Of a stretch of 64,000 nucleotides of DNA, positions 8,550-18,246 are shown piece by piece (the first letter of the stretch is position 1; each line of letters begins with the position of its first letter). The DNA is from Dehalococcoidia bacterium (GTDB lineage Bacteria > Chloroflexota > Dehalococcoidia > Plut-88900), in NCBI GenBank assembly GCA_965197645.1, contig OZ240219.1, positions 1,088,001 to 1,152,000 on the forward strand. The letters run 5' to 3'. A model generated the notes under the pieces. That model had not been told where the DNA came from and searched no databases. It saw nothing but the letters and a program-made list of their open reading frames with translations. A program made the translations under genes and the position numbers.

Positions 8550-9464
8550 ATGTGCGGTATAGGCGGAATAATGTACAAGGAGTCGGGAGCGGGGAGTCTG
8601 GCGCCCATCGGTGCGGAGCTGGTAAGGATGCTGGAGGCGATGAAGCACCGAGGCCTGGACTCTAGCGGAGTGACCATAGCCGGTGAGGTCTGCGACGAAG
8701 ACCTGCTGGTGCGAATCTGGGCCGACCCGCATGGCGACTACCAGGACCGGCTGCTGCGGGTGGAGGAGACCATAGTCAGGCAGGGCGGCGTTGTTAGCTC
8801 CAAGGACTCGCTGGACGAGTATCTCCGCCTGGGCGTCAACTTCGAGGGAGAGCTGCCGGATCTGGCTGAAGCCCTGATAAAAATCGATGGGATCGAGATT
8901 CACAGCATGGGCGAATCGTCCGAGGTGATCAAGGACGTGGGCAGCGGAGTGGAGATGGACGAAAAGCACCGGATCTCCAACCTGAAGGGCACCCACGGCA
9001 TCGGCCACGTACGCATGGCCACCGAAAGCCGGGTGGATATAACCCACGCCCACCCGTTCTGGGCCTACCCGTTCCCCGATGTAACGGTGGTCCACAACGG
9101 ACAGCTCACCAACTATCACAGTCTCAAGCGCTCCTATGAGAGCAGGGGGCACCGGTTCCAAACGGGAAACGATTCGGAGCTCATAGCCGTGTATCTTGCC
9201 GATAGACTGGCCCGAGGATCATCGTTGGAGGGAGCTCTGGAGAACTCGCTGGAGGACCTGGATGGCACCTTCACGTACCTGGTATCCACCAAGGAGGGGA
9301 TCGGGGTAGCGAAGGACCAGTGGGCGGCCAAACCCCTGGTGCTGATGGAAGGCAAGAGCGTAGTTGCGCTGGCCTCTGAAGAAGTGGCGTTGCGCAGCGT
9401 GTTCCCCGAGGAGATCGAGCGTGTCGAGCCCCAGGAAAAAGAGGTCATGACTTGGCTGATCTAG
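8550..9464 (+). CDS. mgsA: N-methylglutamate synthase subunit A (class II glutamine amidotransferase, GlxB)
   Basis: N-terminal MCGIGG (Ntn Cys), HRGLDS, GHVRMATES, AHPF, VHNGQLTNY, NDSE, DGTFT. Adjacent to glxC/glxD-like genes. Confidence 0.85.
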   Translation: MCGIGGIMYKESGAGSLAPIGAELVRMLEAMKHRGLDSSGVTIAGEVCDEDLLVRIWADPHGDYQDRLLRVEETIVRQGGVVSSKDSLDEYLRLGVNFEGELPDLAEALIKIDGIEIHSMGESSEVIKDVGSGVEMDEKHRISNLKGTHGIGHVRMATESRVDITHAHPFWAYPFPDVTVVHNGQLTNYHSLKRSYESRGHRFQTGNDSELIAVYLADRLARGSSLEGALENSLEDLDGTFTYLVSTKEGIGVAKDQWAAKPLVLMEGKSVVALASEEVALRSVFPEEIERVEPQEKEVMTWLI

Positions 9465-10135
9465 ACGCCGGCGGCATGACCACCAGGGAGATCAACCTGG
9501 CGATCAAGGAGCTGTCGTCTCGTGGGGAGAGTATACGGATACTCAACCCCCAAGCCAGGCACAACCTGGCTGTCGGGCTGCTGAAGCACTGCAAAATCAC
9601 CTTCGAGGGGAGCGTCGGGTACTTCTGCTCCAGCCTTATGGACGGACCCGAGGTGACCATTAACGGCAACGCCGGATGGGCGCTGGGCGATAACCTTATG
9701 AGCGGCAAGATAGTGCTGACCAGGAACGCGGGCGCATCGGCGGCATCAACGATCAGGGGCGGGGAGGTGTTTGTGGGGGGTAACGCCGGCGCCAGGGCGG
9801 GCATCTCGATGAAAGGCGGCACGCTGGTTGTCGGCGGCAACGCCGGGTTTCTCACCGGCTTTATGATGCAAAAGGGCAAGATCATCGTCTGCGGCGACGT
9901 GGGGGACGGGGTCGGGGACTCGATGTATGAAGGGACTATCTACGTCGGGGGGAAGGTCGGCTCACTGGGAAGCGATGCGAAGCAGGCAGACCCTACCGAA
10001 GACGAGTTGGCGGCGGTGTGGAAGACCCTGGAAGGATACGGGATTACGGATAGATACGCCTTCAAGAAGATAGTTTCCTCGAAGAGGTTGTACCACTTCG
10101 ATAGCCTGGAGCGAGGGGAGAAGCGGGTTATCTAG
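9452..10135 (+). CDS. mgsB: N-methylglutamate synthase subunit B (GXGXG beta-helix, GlxC)
   Basis: Repeated GxxG/GNAG motifs, GDSMYEG, LYHF. Overlaps the end of mgsA. Confidence 0.85.
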   Translation: MADLDAGGMTTREINLAIKELSSRGESIRILNPQARHNLAVGLLKHCKITFEGSVGYFCSSLMDGPEVTINGNAGWALGDNLMSGKIVLTRNAGASAASTIRGGEVFVGGNAGARAGISMKGGTLVVGGNAGFLTGFMMQKGKIIVCGDVGDGVGDSMYEGTIYVGGKVGSLGSDAKQADPTEDELAAVWKTLEGYGITDRYAFKKIVSSKRLYHFDSLERGEKRVI

Positions 10136-10144
10136 TCGGACTTG

Positions 10145-10379
10145 TTGACATCTCAGGACCCAGCACCCTATAGGTCGGAGAGTTCCTTCCCCTGACGGCA
10201 ATTCCAGGTCCGGCTATATAATCTACTCGAACGTCAGTGCTTCCCTTTCCAACTGCGGGAGCTATGGGGGAGACGCCAAAGCTGCCAGACCAACTGAAGG
10301 TGGGCGGTTGAGACCGAGACATCGGTCCTTTCGAGAAAAGCGCAAGTAAACAAAGCTCGACCATAGAAGGACCAAGCAG
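10145..10379 (+). promoter_or_regulatory. internal promoter(s) and structured leader upstream of mgsC
   Basis: TTGACA at 10145 and TATAAT at 10217. Hairpin GACCGA-GACA-TCGGTC (10312-10327) is mutually exclusive with GGTCCTT/AAGGACC pairing over the mgsC RBS. Confidence 0.45.
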
Positions 10380-11684
10380 ATGACGATGGACAGGAGCCAG
10401 ATCTTCCCGCCCTGGGTCATGGACGACATCCACTCCAAGGCCGAGCTGGGCAGGTACCGCATACGGGGGTTCAGCACCTTTCAGCGGGCCACTCACTTCG
10501 ACGATCTCACCTTCCTTTCCACCGGGCTGACCCGGTTCCCCCTGGAGGGCTACAAGGAACGGTGCAACACGAAGACGGTCATCGGCAAGCGGAACGCCGA
10601 GAATCCCCTGGAGCTGGACACTCCCGTGTACATCACGGGTATGAGCTACGGCGCCCTATCCAAGAGCGCCAAGGTAGCCCTGGGCAAGGCGGCCACCATG
10701 GCGGGCACTGCCACGTGCACCGGAGACGGCGGCATGCTTCCCGAAGAGCGGGAGGCGTCGGAGAAGCTGATCTACCAGATACTGCCCAGTCGCTACGGGG
10801 TGAACCCGCATCACGTCGCAATGGCCGATGCGATAGAGATATGCGTTGGGCAGGGAGCGAAGCCGGGCACGGGCGGGCTGCTGATGGGCGTCAAGGTGCT
10901 GGACCATATCGCCGACATGAGGGACCTGCCTTCGGGCATCGATCAGCGAAGCCCCACTCGGCACCCTGATTGGCTGGGTCCCGACGACCTGGGGATGAAG
11001 ATCGAGCAGTTGCGGGAGGCCACCGATTGGCGGGTCCCCGTCCACGTCAAGCTGGGGGCCTGCCGGGTGAAGGACGACGTCAAGCTGGCCGCCAAGGCCG
11101 GTGCAGACGCCATCGTTATCGATAGTATGCTGGCAGGCACAGGTGCATCCGCCGAGATCCTGCTGGACCACAGCGGAATCCCAACAGTTCCAGCCATAGT
11201 CCTTGCCCGGGAAGCGCTGAGGGAGCTGGGAATGTATGGCGAAGTCAGCCTGATAGCCTCCGGTGGGATCAGGGGCGGCGCGGATGCCGCCAAAGCCCTG
11301 GCCCTGGGCGCCGATGCGGTCGCTATAGGCATCTCGGCCCTGCTGGCGCTCAACTGCAACAAGGATATACCGGAGGCCGATTTCAAGAAGGAGATCGGGG
11401 TCGAGGCGGGAATGTGCCATCACTGCCAGACGGGGCTTTGCCCGGTAGGAATCGCTACCCAGGACCCGGAGCTGGAGAGCCGGCTGGACCCGGACGAGGG
11501 TGCACAGCGGGTGGCCAACTTCCTCAACTCCATGACGATGGAGATGGCGCTGCTCACCCGCTCGATGGGCAAGAGCGACCTCCATAGCCTGGAGCCGGAG
11601 GACATGGCGGCCTTGACCATCGAGGCCTCGGCCATGGCCCGGATTCCCCTCGTTGGCACCGATAAGGTGTTCGGTTGGGGATAG
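10380..11684 (+). CDS. mgsC: N-methylglutamate synthase subunit C (FMN-binding glutamate synthase family, GlxD)
   Basis: RFPLEGYKE, GMSYGALS, GQGAKPGTGG, RHPDWLGPDDL, CHHCQTGLCPVGIATQDP (Fe-S). Confidence 0.9.
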   Translation: MTMDRSQIFPPWVMDDIHSKAELGRYRIRGFSTFQRATHFDDLTFLSTGLTRFPLEGYKERCNTKTVIGKRNAENPLELDTPVYITGMSYGALSKSAKVALGKAATMAGTATCTGDGGMLPEEREASEKLIYQILPSRYGVNPHHVAMADAIEICVGQGAKPGTGGLLMGVKVLDHIADMRDLPSGIDQRSPTRHPDWLGPDDLGMKIEQLREATDWRVPVHVKLGACRVKDDVKLAAKAGADAIVIDSMLAGTGASAEILLDHSGIPTVPAIVLAREALRELGMYGEVSLIASGGIRGGADAAKALALGADAVAIGISALLALNCNKDIPEADFKKEIGVEAGMCHHCQTGLCPVGIATQDPELESRLDPDEGAQRVANFLNSMTMEMALLTRSMGKSDLHSLEPEDMAALTIEASAMARIPLVGTDKVFGWG

Positions 11685-11735
11685 GCCCCGGACGATCTCG
11701 ATCTAGCTAGTAAGCGTCAAGGAGGGCTCACCACA

Positions 11736-13094
11736 ATGGCGACCAGAGAAGAGGTCCGCTCAACGATGCGGGAGGACGGGATCGAGTACCTGCTGACCCA
11801 GTTCGTGGACATGAACGGGTCGCCCAAGGTCAAGCTGGTGCCCGTCGCTCATTTCGACGACGTTATAGACGATGGCGCCGGGTTCGCCGGGGGAGCCCTC
11901 TACGGGATGGGCCAGGGACCCCACGCCCACGACATGGCGGCCCGGATAGACATCGATACCTACACCCCGTTGTTCTGGCAGCCCAACACGGCCCGGTTCG
12001 CCAGTGATTTGTACGTCGATGGAGAGCCCCACCCCTACTGCCCTAGGCAGCACCTGAAGAAGGTGTTGGACGAGGCCAGGGAAGAGGGCTACGCGCTCAA
12101 CGTAGGGATCGAACCAGAGCATTTCCTGGTGACCCGCAAAGAGGATGGCTCCATCGAGGTATGGGACCCGGACAAGGTGGATACCCTGGACAAGGCCTGC
12201 TACGACTTCAAGGGAATCCAGGGAGTGTTGCCATATCTACAAGAGATCAGCAAAGGGCTGAACAAGCTGGGCTGGGACGTGTACCAGTCGGACCACGAGG
12301 ATGCCAACGGCCAGTATGAGATCAATTTCCACTATACCGACGCTCTGACCACCGCCGACAGATACACCTTCTTCAAGATGATGACCAGCCAGGTGGCTAA
12401 GAAGCATGGCGCCATAGCGACCCACATGCCCAAGCCTTTCTCGGACCGCACCGGCAGCGCCGCTCACATCCACTTCCACGTCGCCAACCCTGAGAGCGGG
12501 GAAAATCTGTTCCTGGACGAGGGGGACGAACAGGGCCTGGGGCTATCGTCGACGGCCTATCATTTCATCGGGGGGATCCTGCACCACGCCCGGGCCCTGT
12601 GCGCCATCACGTCACCCACTGTAAACTGCTACAAGCGGCTTCAGGTGGGAAGAGCGCTGATGGGCTCCCGCTCGGGTTTCCTGTGGACGCCGGCGTTCGT
12701 TTCCTACGGCGATAACAACCGCACCCAGATGATCCGTACCGCCGGGCCGGGCCACCTGGAGGACAGGACGGTATCCGCCGGATGCAACCCGTACCTGGCC
12801 TTCGCCGCCTACATAGCGGCCGGCCTGGACGGGGTAAGACGAAATCTGGACCCGGGCGAACCCAATCTGGGCAACATGTACTCGCTTTCTCTTGCGGAGA
12901 TAGAAGACAAGGGGATCAGCCTGCTGCCCCAGAGCCTGTACGAGTCCCTCGAAGAACTGAAACAGGATACGGTTATGCAGGAGGCGTTGGGGCCGATCTA
13001 CGACGAATTCATCGAGGTCAAAGAGCAGGAGTGGCGGGATTATCACCGGCATGTGACTCAATGGGAGCTCGATCGGTACCTGACCCTGTTCTAG
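11736..13094 (+). CDS. gmaS: gamma-glutamylmethylamide synthetase / type III glutamine synthetase (GlnT)
   Basis: KVKLVPVAH, GAGFAG, YQSDHEDANGQYEINF, MPKPF, YGDNNRT. Directly follows mgsABC. Confidence 0.85.
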   Translation: MATREEVRSTMREDGIEYLLTQFVDMNGSPKVKLVPVAHFDDVIDDGAGFAGGALYGMGQGPHAHDMAARIDIDTYTPLFWQPNTARFASDLYVDGEPHPYCPRQHLKKVLDEAREEGYALNVGIEPEHFLVTRKEDGSIEVWDPDKVDTLDKACYDFKGIQGVLPYLQEISKGLNKLGWDVYQSDHEDANGQYEINFHYTDALTTADRYTFFKMMTSQVAKKHGAIATHMPKPFSDRTGSAAHIHFHVANPESGENLFLDEGDEQGLGLSSTAYHFIGGILHHARALCAITSPTVNCYKRLQVGRALMGSRSGFLWTPAFVSYGDNNRTQMIRTAGPGHLEDRTVSAGCNPYLAFAAYIAAGLDGVRRNLDPGEPNLGNMYSLSLAEIEDKGISLLPQSLYESLEELKQDTVMQEALGPIYDEFIEVKEQEWRDYHRHVTQWELDRYLTLF

Positions 13095-13128
13095 GTGAAG
13101 GTGAGCGCCGACTAAAAGGAACACAGCT

Positions 13129-13425
13129 TTGGCCTTCCTGCTGAAATGTCCCGGCTGCGGCGAGCGGGGCTCCTACGATTTCCGGTTCGGGGGCGAACTG
13201 ACCTCCCGGCCTTCGCCCGACGACTCCCCCTACGTTTGGACCCGGTATCACTACTATAAGAAGAACGAGGCTGGGCTCCAGCGAGAGTGGTGGTACCACA
13301 AGTTCGGGTGTCGTCGCTGGTTCCAAGCAGAGCGCGACACCCTGAACAATCGGATAGAACGGACCTTCTGGCCCGAGGCGGCGGTAGGTCAAGCGCAGGA
13401 ACAGGCCGGCAGCGCCAGTGGCTGA
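13129..13425 (+). CDS. soxD: sarcosine oxidase / NMG dehydrogenase delta subunit
   Basis: Zn ligands CPGCGER...EWWYHKFGCRRW, ERDT. Confidence 0.9.
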   Translation: MAFLLKCPGCGERGSYDFRFGGELTSRPSPDDSPYVWTRYHYYKKNEAGLQREWWYHKFGCRRWFQAERDTLNNRIERTFWPEAAVGQAQEQAGSASG

Positions 13426-16303
13426 TCACCGGCTTCCTCCCCAGCCTTCCCAGGTCATCGATCGCTCGCGGCCGGTTACCTTCCAATACAACGGGCGCAC
13501 CATCCGGGGCTACCAGGGGGACACCTTGGCCACGGCGCTCTACGCCTCGGGGGTGAGGATTTTCAACCGCAGCTTCAAGTATCACCGCCCTAGGGGGCTG
13601 TTGTGCGTGTCCGGCCGGTGTCCCAACTGCATGATGAACGTGGACGGGACGCCAAACGTGAGGGCGTGCACCCGTGCTGCGACATCGGGGGCTGAGATTC
13701 GTCACCAGAACGCCTGGCCCTCGCTGGAGCACGACGCTCTATCCATCTTCGAGAAATTCGACCGGTTGATGCCGGTGGGGTTCTACTACAAGACGTTGAT
13801 CAAGCCCAAGGCCTCGTGGCATCTGGCCGAGCCCATAATCAGGAAGATCGCCGGACTGGGCGCCGTGGACACCGGCTCTGTATCCGATAACGACTATGAG
13901 CACGTCAACTCCTTCGCCGACGTTACGGTCGTCGGAGGAGGCCCTGCCGGTTGCTCCGCCGCCCTGGCGGCCGCAGAGCAGGGTCTGAGAGTCACTCTAC
14001 TCGATGATCAGCCGGCTCTCGGAGGACACCTTAGGTGGGAGACCCGTGCGCCTTTCCACGACGGGGAGTACGCCGGACTGCCCGGGTTCCAGGTAGCAGA
14101 AAAGCTTTCGGAGGCCGTTAACAACGCTCCGAACCTGACCGTACTCTCGGGAGCCACGGCCTTCGGACTGTATGAAGGCAAGCTGCTGGGGGTGCATCAA
14201 GGCCGGGAGCTGGTCAAGCTCCGCACCAAGCAGCTGGTGGTGGCCACGGGAGGCCAGCAGGTCCCATCGGTGTTCCCTCAGAACGACCTTCCCGGAGTGC
14301 TGCTGTCCACCGCGGCGTTGCGGCTGGCGAACATGTACGGGGTGAGCCCGGGAGACCGGGGCGTAGTGATCACCGATAACGACCAGGGGCTCGCCGCGGC
14401 GCTGGAGCTGGTCGGCGCCGGTGTGGCCGTGGAGGCGGTCGCCGACTCTCGATCGTCCGGTTCCGCGCTGACCGAAGAGCTCCATTCCGGGGGTGTGAAG
14501 GTGCTGCTCTCCCATACCATCCGGCAGGCAGAAGGCAAGAAGGGTGTTAAAGCCGCGGTCCTCACCGAGCTGCGGGACGGGTTGGTGGTCGATGGTGATC
14601 AGCGCATACCGGCCGATTTCATATGCCTGGCAACAGGATACGATCCGGCGACCGCACTGTTGCACCAGAGTGACTGCGAGCTGACGTACGATCCGGAGAT
14701 CGGAGAGTCCGTGCCGGGGAAGCTAGCGGAGGGCATCCACGTAGCGGGCGAGGTTACGGGAGTCCACGATCCGGTCGTCGGTGCGCTTCAGGGCAGGCTG
14801 GCCGGACTGAAGGCCGCGTCCGGGGATGTGGGTGACCTGGAAAAGCAGACGACGGAAGCCGAGCGGAGCTACAGAGAGCGGGCCTCGGTTGGCCAGACAC
14901 CGGCAGCGGCCGCTTCGTCCAAGAAAAAGTTCGTCTGTATATGTGAGGATGTGACCGATAAGGACGTGCAGGACGGCATCGCCGAGGGGTTCGATGACGT
15001 ACAGACCCTGAAACGGTACAGCACCGTATCGATGGGACCGTGCCAGGGGAAAATGTGCCATAAGTCGTTTGTGGAAGCTATTGCCGGGAGTACGGGCCGG
15101 AGCATCGCCGAGATTGGCGGCACCACTCCCCGGCCCCCTATACAGCCCGTCCCCATGGGCGCTATAGCCGGACCCAGTCATATGCCCTCCAGGTTCACGT
15201 CTATCCACCACAGGCACATCGAGATGGGCGGCAGGATGGCAGAGGTGGGCGAGTGGAGCCGTCCTCACTCCTACGGATCGCCCACCGACGAGGTAATGGC
15301 AGTTCGGAACCGGGTGGGCATTATCGACGTTTCAACTCTGGGGAAGCTGGACGTGCGGGGCAAGGATGCGCCGCGGCTGATGGACAAGGTGTACACCCAC
15401 AACTTCTCCAGCCTGAAGGTGGGCCGTATACGCTATGGAATGATCTGCTCGGACACGGGCGCCATCCTGGACGACGGCACCGTGACCCGCATCAGCGAGG
15501 AAGACTACTACGTCACCACCGGCTCCGGGAACATAGACCTGGTGGATGAGTGGTTCAAATGGTGGGCGGCGGGGACGGGGATGTGTGTGCACATGACCAA
15601 CGTTACCCCTGGGATCGGAGCGATAAACGTGGCCGGCCCCAGGGCCCGAGATACCCTGAGCAAGCTCACCGACGTCGGCCTCTCCACCGAAGGCTTCAAA
15701 TATATGAGGAGCGCTCGAGGTGAGGTGGCCGGGGTGGACTGCCTGCTGCTGAGAATCGGGTTCGTAGGTGAGACCGGATGGGAGGTCCACTTCCCGGCCG
15801 AGTATGGTGAGCACATATGGGACGCGTTGCTGGAAGCAGGCAACGAGTTCGGCATCGCTCCCTTCGGCGTGGAAGCGCAACGAATCCTCCGCCTGGAGAA
15901 GAAGCACCTTATCCCGGGCCAAGATACCGATATCATGTCGAATCCCATCGAGGCGGACATGGCCTGGGCCGTACGTTTCGAAAAAGAGGACTTCATCGGC
16001 CGAAACGCGCTGGCCGGCGTGCGTGACCGGGGTCTGCGAGACAAGCTGGTGGGGTTCGTAATGGAGAATGGGGCCGCCCCCCAGGACGGGACGCCAGTAC
16101 TCCGGGACGGCCTGCCCGTGGGCAAGGTGACCAGCGCCAGGTTCAGTCCCTCGGTGGGACGGAGCTTCGGGCTGGCGTGGGTGCCGGTGGACCTGTCCGA
16201 AGAGGGGGACGAAATACAGATACGCGTCGGCGGCCAAGCGGTGCCCGCCCGGGTAACCCTGGAGCCGGTCTACGATCCCGAAGGCAAGCGTCTGAGAGAG
16301 TGA
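13418..16303 (+). CDS. soxA: sarcosine oxidase / NMG dehydrogenase alpha subunit (NAD/FAD, Fe-S and GcvT-like folate domains)
   Basis: GDTLATAL, RSFKYHRPRG, GGGPAG, KRYSTVSMGPCQG, DVSTLGKL, RIGFVGETGWE, LRLEK. Confidence 0.92.
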   Translation: MADHRLPPQPSQVIDRSRPVTFQYNGRTIRGYQGDTLATALYASGVRIFNRSFKYHRPRGLLCVSGRCPNCMMNVDGTPNVRACTRAATSGAEIRHQNAWPSLEHDALSIFEKFDRLMPVGFYYKTLIKPKASWHLAEPIIRKIAGLGAVDTGSVSDNDYEHVNSFADVTVVGGGPAGCSAALAAAEQGLRVTLLDDQPALGGHLRWETRAPFHDGEYAGLPGFQVAEKLSEAVNNAPNLTVLSGATAFGLYEGKLLGVHQGRELVKLRTKQLVVATGGQQVPSVFPQNDLPGVLLSTAALRLANMYGVSPGDRGVVITDNDQGLAAALELVGAGVAVEAVADSRSSGSALTEELHSGGVKVLLSHTIRQAEGKKGVKAAVLTELRDGLVVDGDQRIPADFICLATGYDPATALLHQSDCELTYDPEIGESVPGKLAEGIHVAGEVTGVHDPVVGALQGRLAGLKAASGDVGDLEKQTTEAERSYRERASVGQTPAAAASSKKKFVCICEDVTDKDVQDGIAEGFDDVQTLKRYSTVSMGPCQGKMCHKSFVEAIAGSTGRSIAEIGGTTPRPPIQPVPMGAIAGPSHMPSRFTSIHHRHIEMGGRMAEVGEWSRPHSYGSPTDEVMAVRNRVGIIDVSTLGKLDVRGKDAPRLMDKVYTHNFSSLKVGRIRYGMICSDTGAILDDGTVTRISEEDYYVTTGSGNIDLVDEWFKWWAAGTGMCVHMTNVTPGIGAINVAGPRARDTLSKLTDVGLSTEGFKYMRSARGEVAGVDCLLLRIGFVGETGWEVHFPAEYGEHIWDALLEAGNEFGIAPFGVEAQRILRLEKKHLIPGQDTDIMSNPIEADMAWAVRFEKEDFIGRNALAGVRDRGLRDKLVGFVMENGAAPQDGTPVLRDGLPVGKVTSARFSPSVGRSFGLAWVPVDLSEEGDEIQIRVGGQAVPARVTLEPVYDPEGKRLRE

Positions 16304-16304
16304 G

Positions 16305-17000
16305 ATGACGCTAACGACTCCCAGCAAGATAACCGCCCTCCATCACGCCCATCTAGGCCTTGGAGCCAGCATGGTGGAGAAGGACGGCTGGCTCGTAGCT
16401 GAGCGCTACGACTCGGTGGATGCCGAGATGGAAATGGCGGCGCAGGCCGGAGGTATCTGTGACATCAGCCCAATGGGCAAGCTGGACGTGCAGGGCAACA
16501 ATGCCCTCGCTGGTGTAGGTGAAGCACTCGGCCTGTCCGGCCAGTTGCCGGTCAGTGGGACTCGGAGAGTTGAGGAAGGGGGAGTAGCGGCCATCGGGCT
16601 GGCTCACGATGAGGCTCTGGTGCTTACGCCGGCAGGGGACATGGTGTCTATCGCCGAGCAGCTGGAGAAAGGGCTGGACGGATGTGCTCACCTGGTGGAC
16701 GTGACATCGGCGTGGGCGGCAATAGCAGTGGTGGGACCGCTTGCCCACCGCGTCCTATCCAAGGTGGCCGAGCTGGACTTGGACCCCAGGGTGTTTCCGG
16801 ATGGAGGCTGCGTTCAGGGAAAGGCCGTGGAGGTGCACGTCATTGTAGTCCGGTCGGATGTTGGGAAGACCCTCGGCTACCAGGTGCTGGTAACCAGGGA
16901 CTACGGGGAGTATCTCTGGGAGGCCCTGCTTCACGCTGGGCACGGCGAGGGAGTGGGCCCCGTAGGTTTCGAAGCATTGAGCAGGCTGAGATCGGGCTAG
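16305..17000 (+). CDS. soxG: sarcosine oxidase / NMG dehydrogenase gamma subunit (GcvT-like)
   Basis: DISPMGKL, LVDVTS, GPLAHRVLSK, DLDP, RDYGEYLWEAL. Confidence 0.85.
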   Translation: MTLTTPSKITALHHAHLGLGASMVEKDGWLVAERYDSVDAEMEMAAQAGGICDISPMGKLDVQGNNALAGVGEALGLSGQLPVSGTRRVEEGGVAAIGLAHDEALVLTPAGDMVSIAEQLEKGLDGCAHLVDVTSAWAAIAVVGPLAHRVLSKVAELDLDPRVFPDGGCVQGKAVEVHVIVVRSDVGKTLGYQVLVTRDYGEYLWEALLHAGHGEGVGPVGFEALSRLRSG

Positions 17001-17014
17001 TCTAGGGGATCGCA

Positions 17015-18232
17015 TTGCTGCAGATTTTCAGAAAAGAACGTATGTGGCACAGCGTACCGCTGCGCAACAAGTACGATATTGTCATTATCGGTGCCGGGGT
17101 ACATGGATTGTCGACGGCTTACTACCTGGGCAAGCGCGGGATCACCAACGTCGCGTTGCTGGATAAGGGATACCTGGGCGGGGGCGCCAGCGCCCGGTCC
17201 ACGGCCATCCTCAGAGCCAACTATGTCACTACAGAAGGGATCCCCTTCTTTCACGAAAGCCTCAAGCTGTACGAGGACCTGGCCCAGGACCTGAACTACA
17301 ACATGTTGTTCAGCCAGTTTGGACGGCTGGAGCTCGCGCACACCGAGTCCTCCATCTACGCACTGCGGAATCGGGTGGAGTTCAACGCGGCTATGGACGT
17401 GGACAGCCGGCTGGTGGGCCCCGATGAAATCAAAGAGTTGGTCCCGCCCCTCGATCTTCGGGAGGGGAGGAGCTTGCCGGTGCTGGCCGGCCTGTATCAT
17501 CCACCCGCAGGCGTGATCCGCCACGACGCGGTGATATGGGCCTACGCCCGGGCAGTGGACAAGCTGGGGGCCGAGATCCACCCGTTTACCGAGGTGACCG
17601 GCATACAGCGGCGCAACGGGCGGGTCGTCGGGGTCGAGACGGACAAGGGGAACATCGAGGCTGACCTGGTGGTGAACTGCACGGCCGCTTGGTCCTCCAC
17701 CATCGCCAAGATGGTGGGGCTAGACCTGCCCCTGGTCACCCATCCCCTTCAGGCCCTGGTCACGGAGCCGTTGAAGCCGCTGCTTGATACGGGCGTTTCA
17801 TCGACCAACTTTCACGTCTACGTCTACCAGACGGACCGGGGGGAGCTGGTCATAGGCGGCGCCGTAGATGATTACCCTTCTTACAGTCACAAGTCGACCT
17901 TCCACCGTTTGGAGGACCTGGTCTCCCACGCCCTGGAGCTGCTGCCGTTCCTGAAAGAGGTCAACGTGCTCCGGCAGTGGACAGGCCTATGCGACATGAC
18001 CCCCGACTACGTCCCTATCATGGGGCCTGTGCCGGGCATCGAGGGGTTCCTGCTGAACTGCGGTTGGGGGACCTACGGGTTCAAGGCGGGGCCCATCGGG
18101 GGCAAGACGATGGCGGAGCTGATCGCTACGGGCAGAACGCCGGACCTCATCAAGCCCTTCTCCCTCGAACGGTTCGATGACGGTCGGCTGGTTAATGAGA
18201 AGGGGGCCGCTTCCTCGGCCGCCCTTCACTGA
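17015..18232 (+). CDS. soxB: sarcosine oxidase / NMG dehydrogenase beta subunit (FAD)
   Basis: IIGAGVHGLSTAYYL, RHDAVIWAYAR, HPLQALVTEP, LRQWTG, GWGTYGFKA. Confidence 0.92.
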   Translation: MLQIFRKERMWHSVPLRNKYDIVIIGAGVHGLSTAYYLGKRGITNVALLDKGYLGGGASARSTAILRANYVTTEGIPFFHESLKLYEDLAQDLNYNMLFSQFGRLELAHTESSIYALRNRVEFNAAMDVDSRLVGPDEIKELVPPLDLREGRSLPVLAGLYHPPAGVIRHDAVIWAYARAVDKLGAEIHPFTEVTGIQRRNGRVVGVETDKGNIEADLVVNCTAAWSSTIAKMVGLDLPLVTHPLQALVTEPLKPLLDTGVSSTNFHVYVYQTDRGELVIGGAVDDYPSYSHKSTFHRLEDLVSHALELLPFLKEVNVLRQWTGLCDMTPDYVPIMGPVPGIEGFLLNCGWGTYGFKAGPIGGKTMAELIATGRTPDLIKPFSLERFDDGRLVNEKGAASSAALH

Positions 18233-18246
18233 GCTGGGGGTAGACC

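Noticed and set aside
10266-10312. Resemblance of GGAGACGCCAAAGC to c-di-GMP-I or glycine riboswitches
   Set aside because: No GGCAAAC/GNRA P2 stem or receptor for c-di-GMP-I, and no CCGAAG...CTCTCAGG core for glycine.
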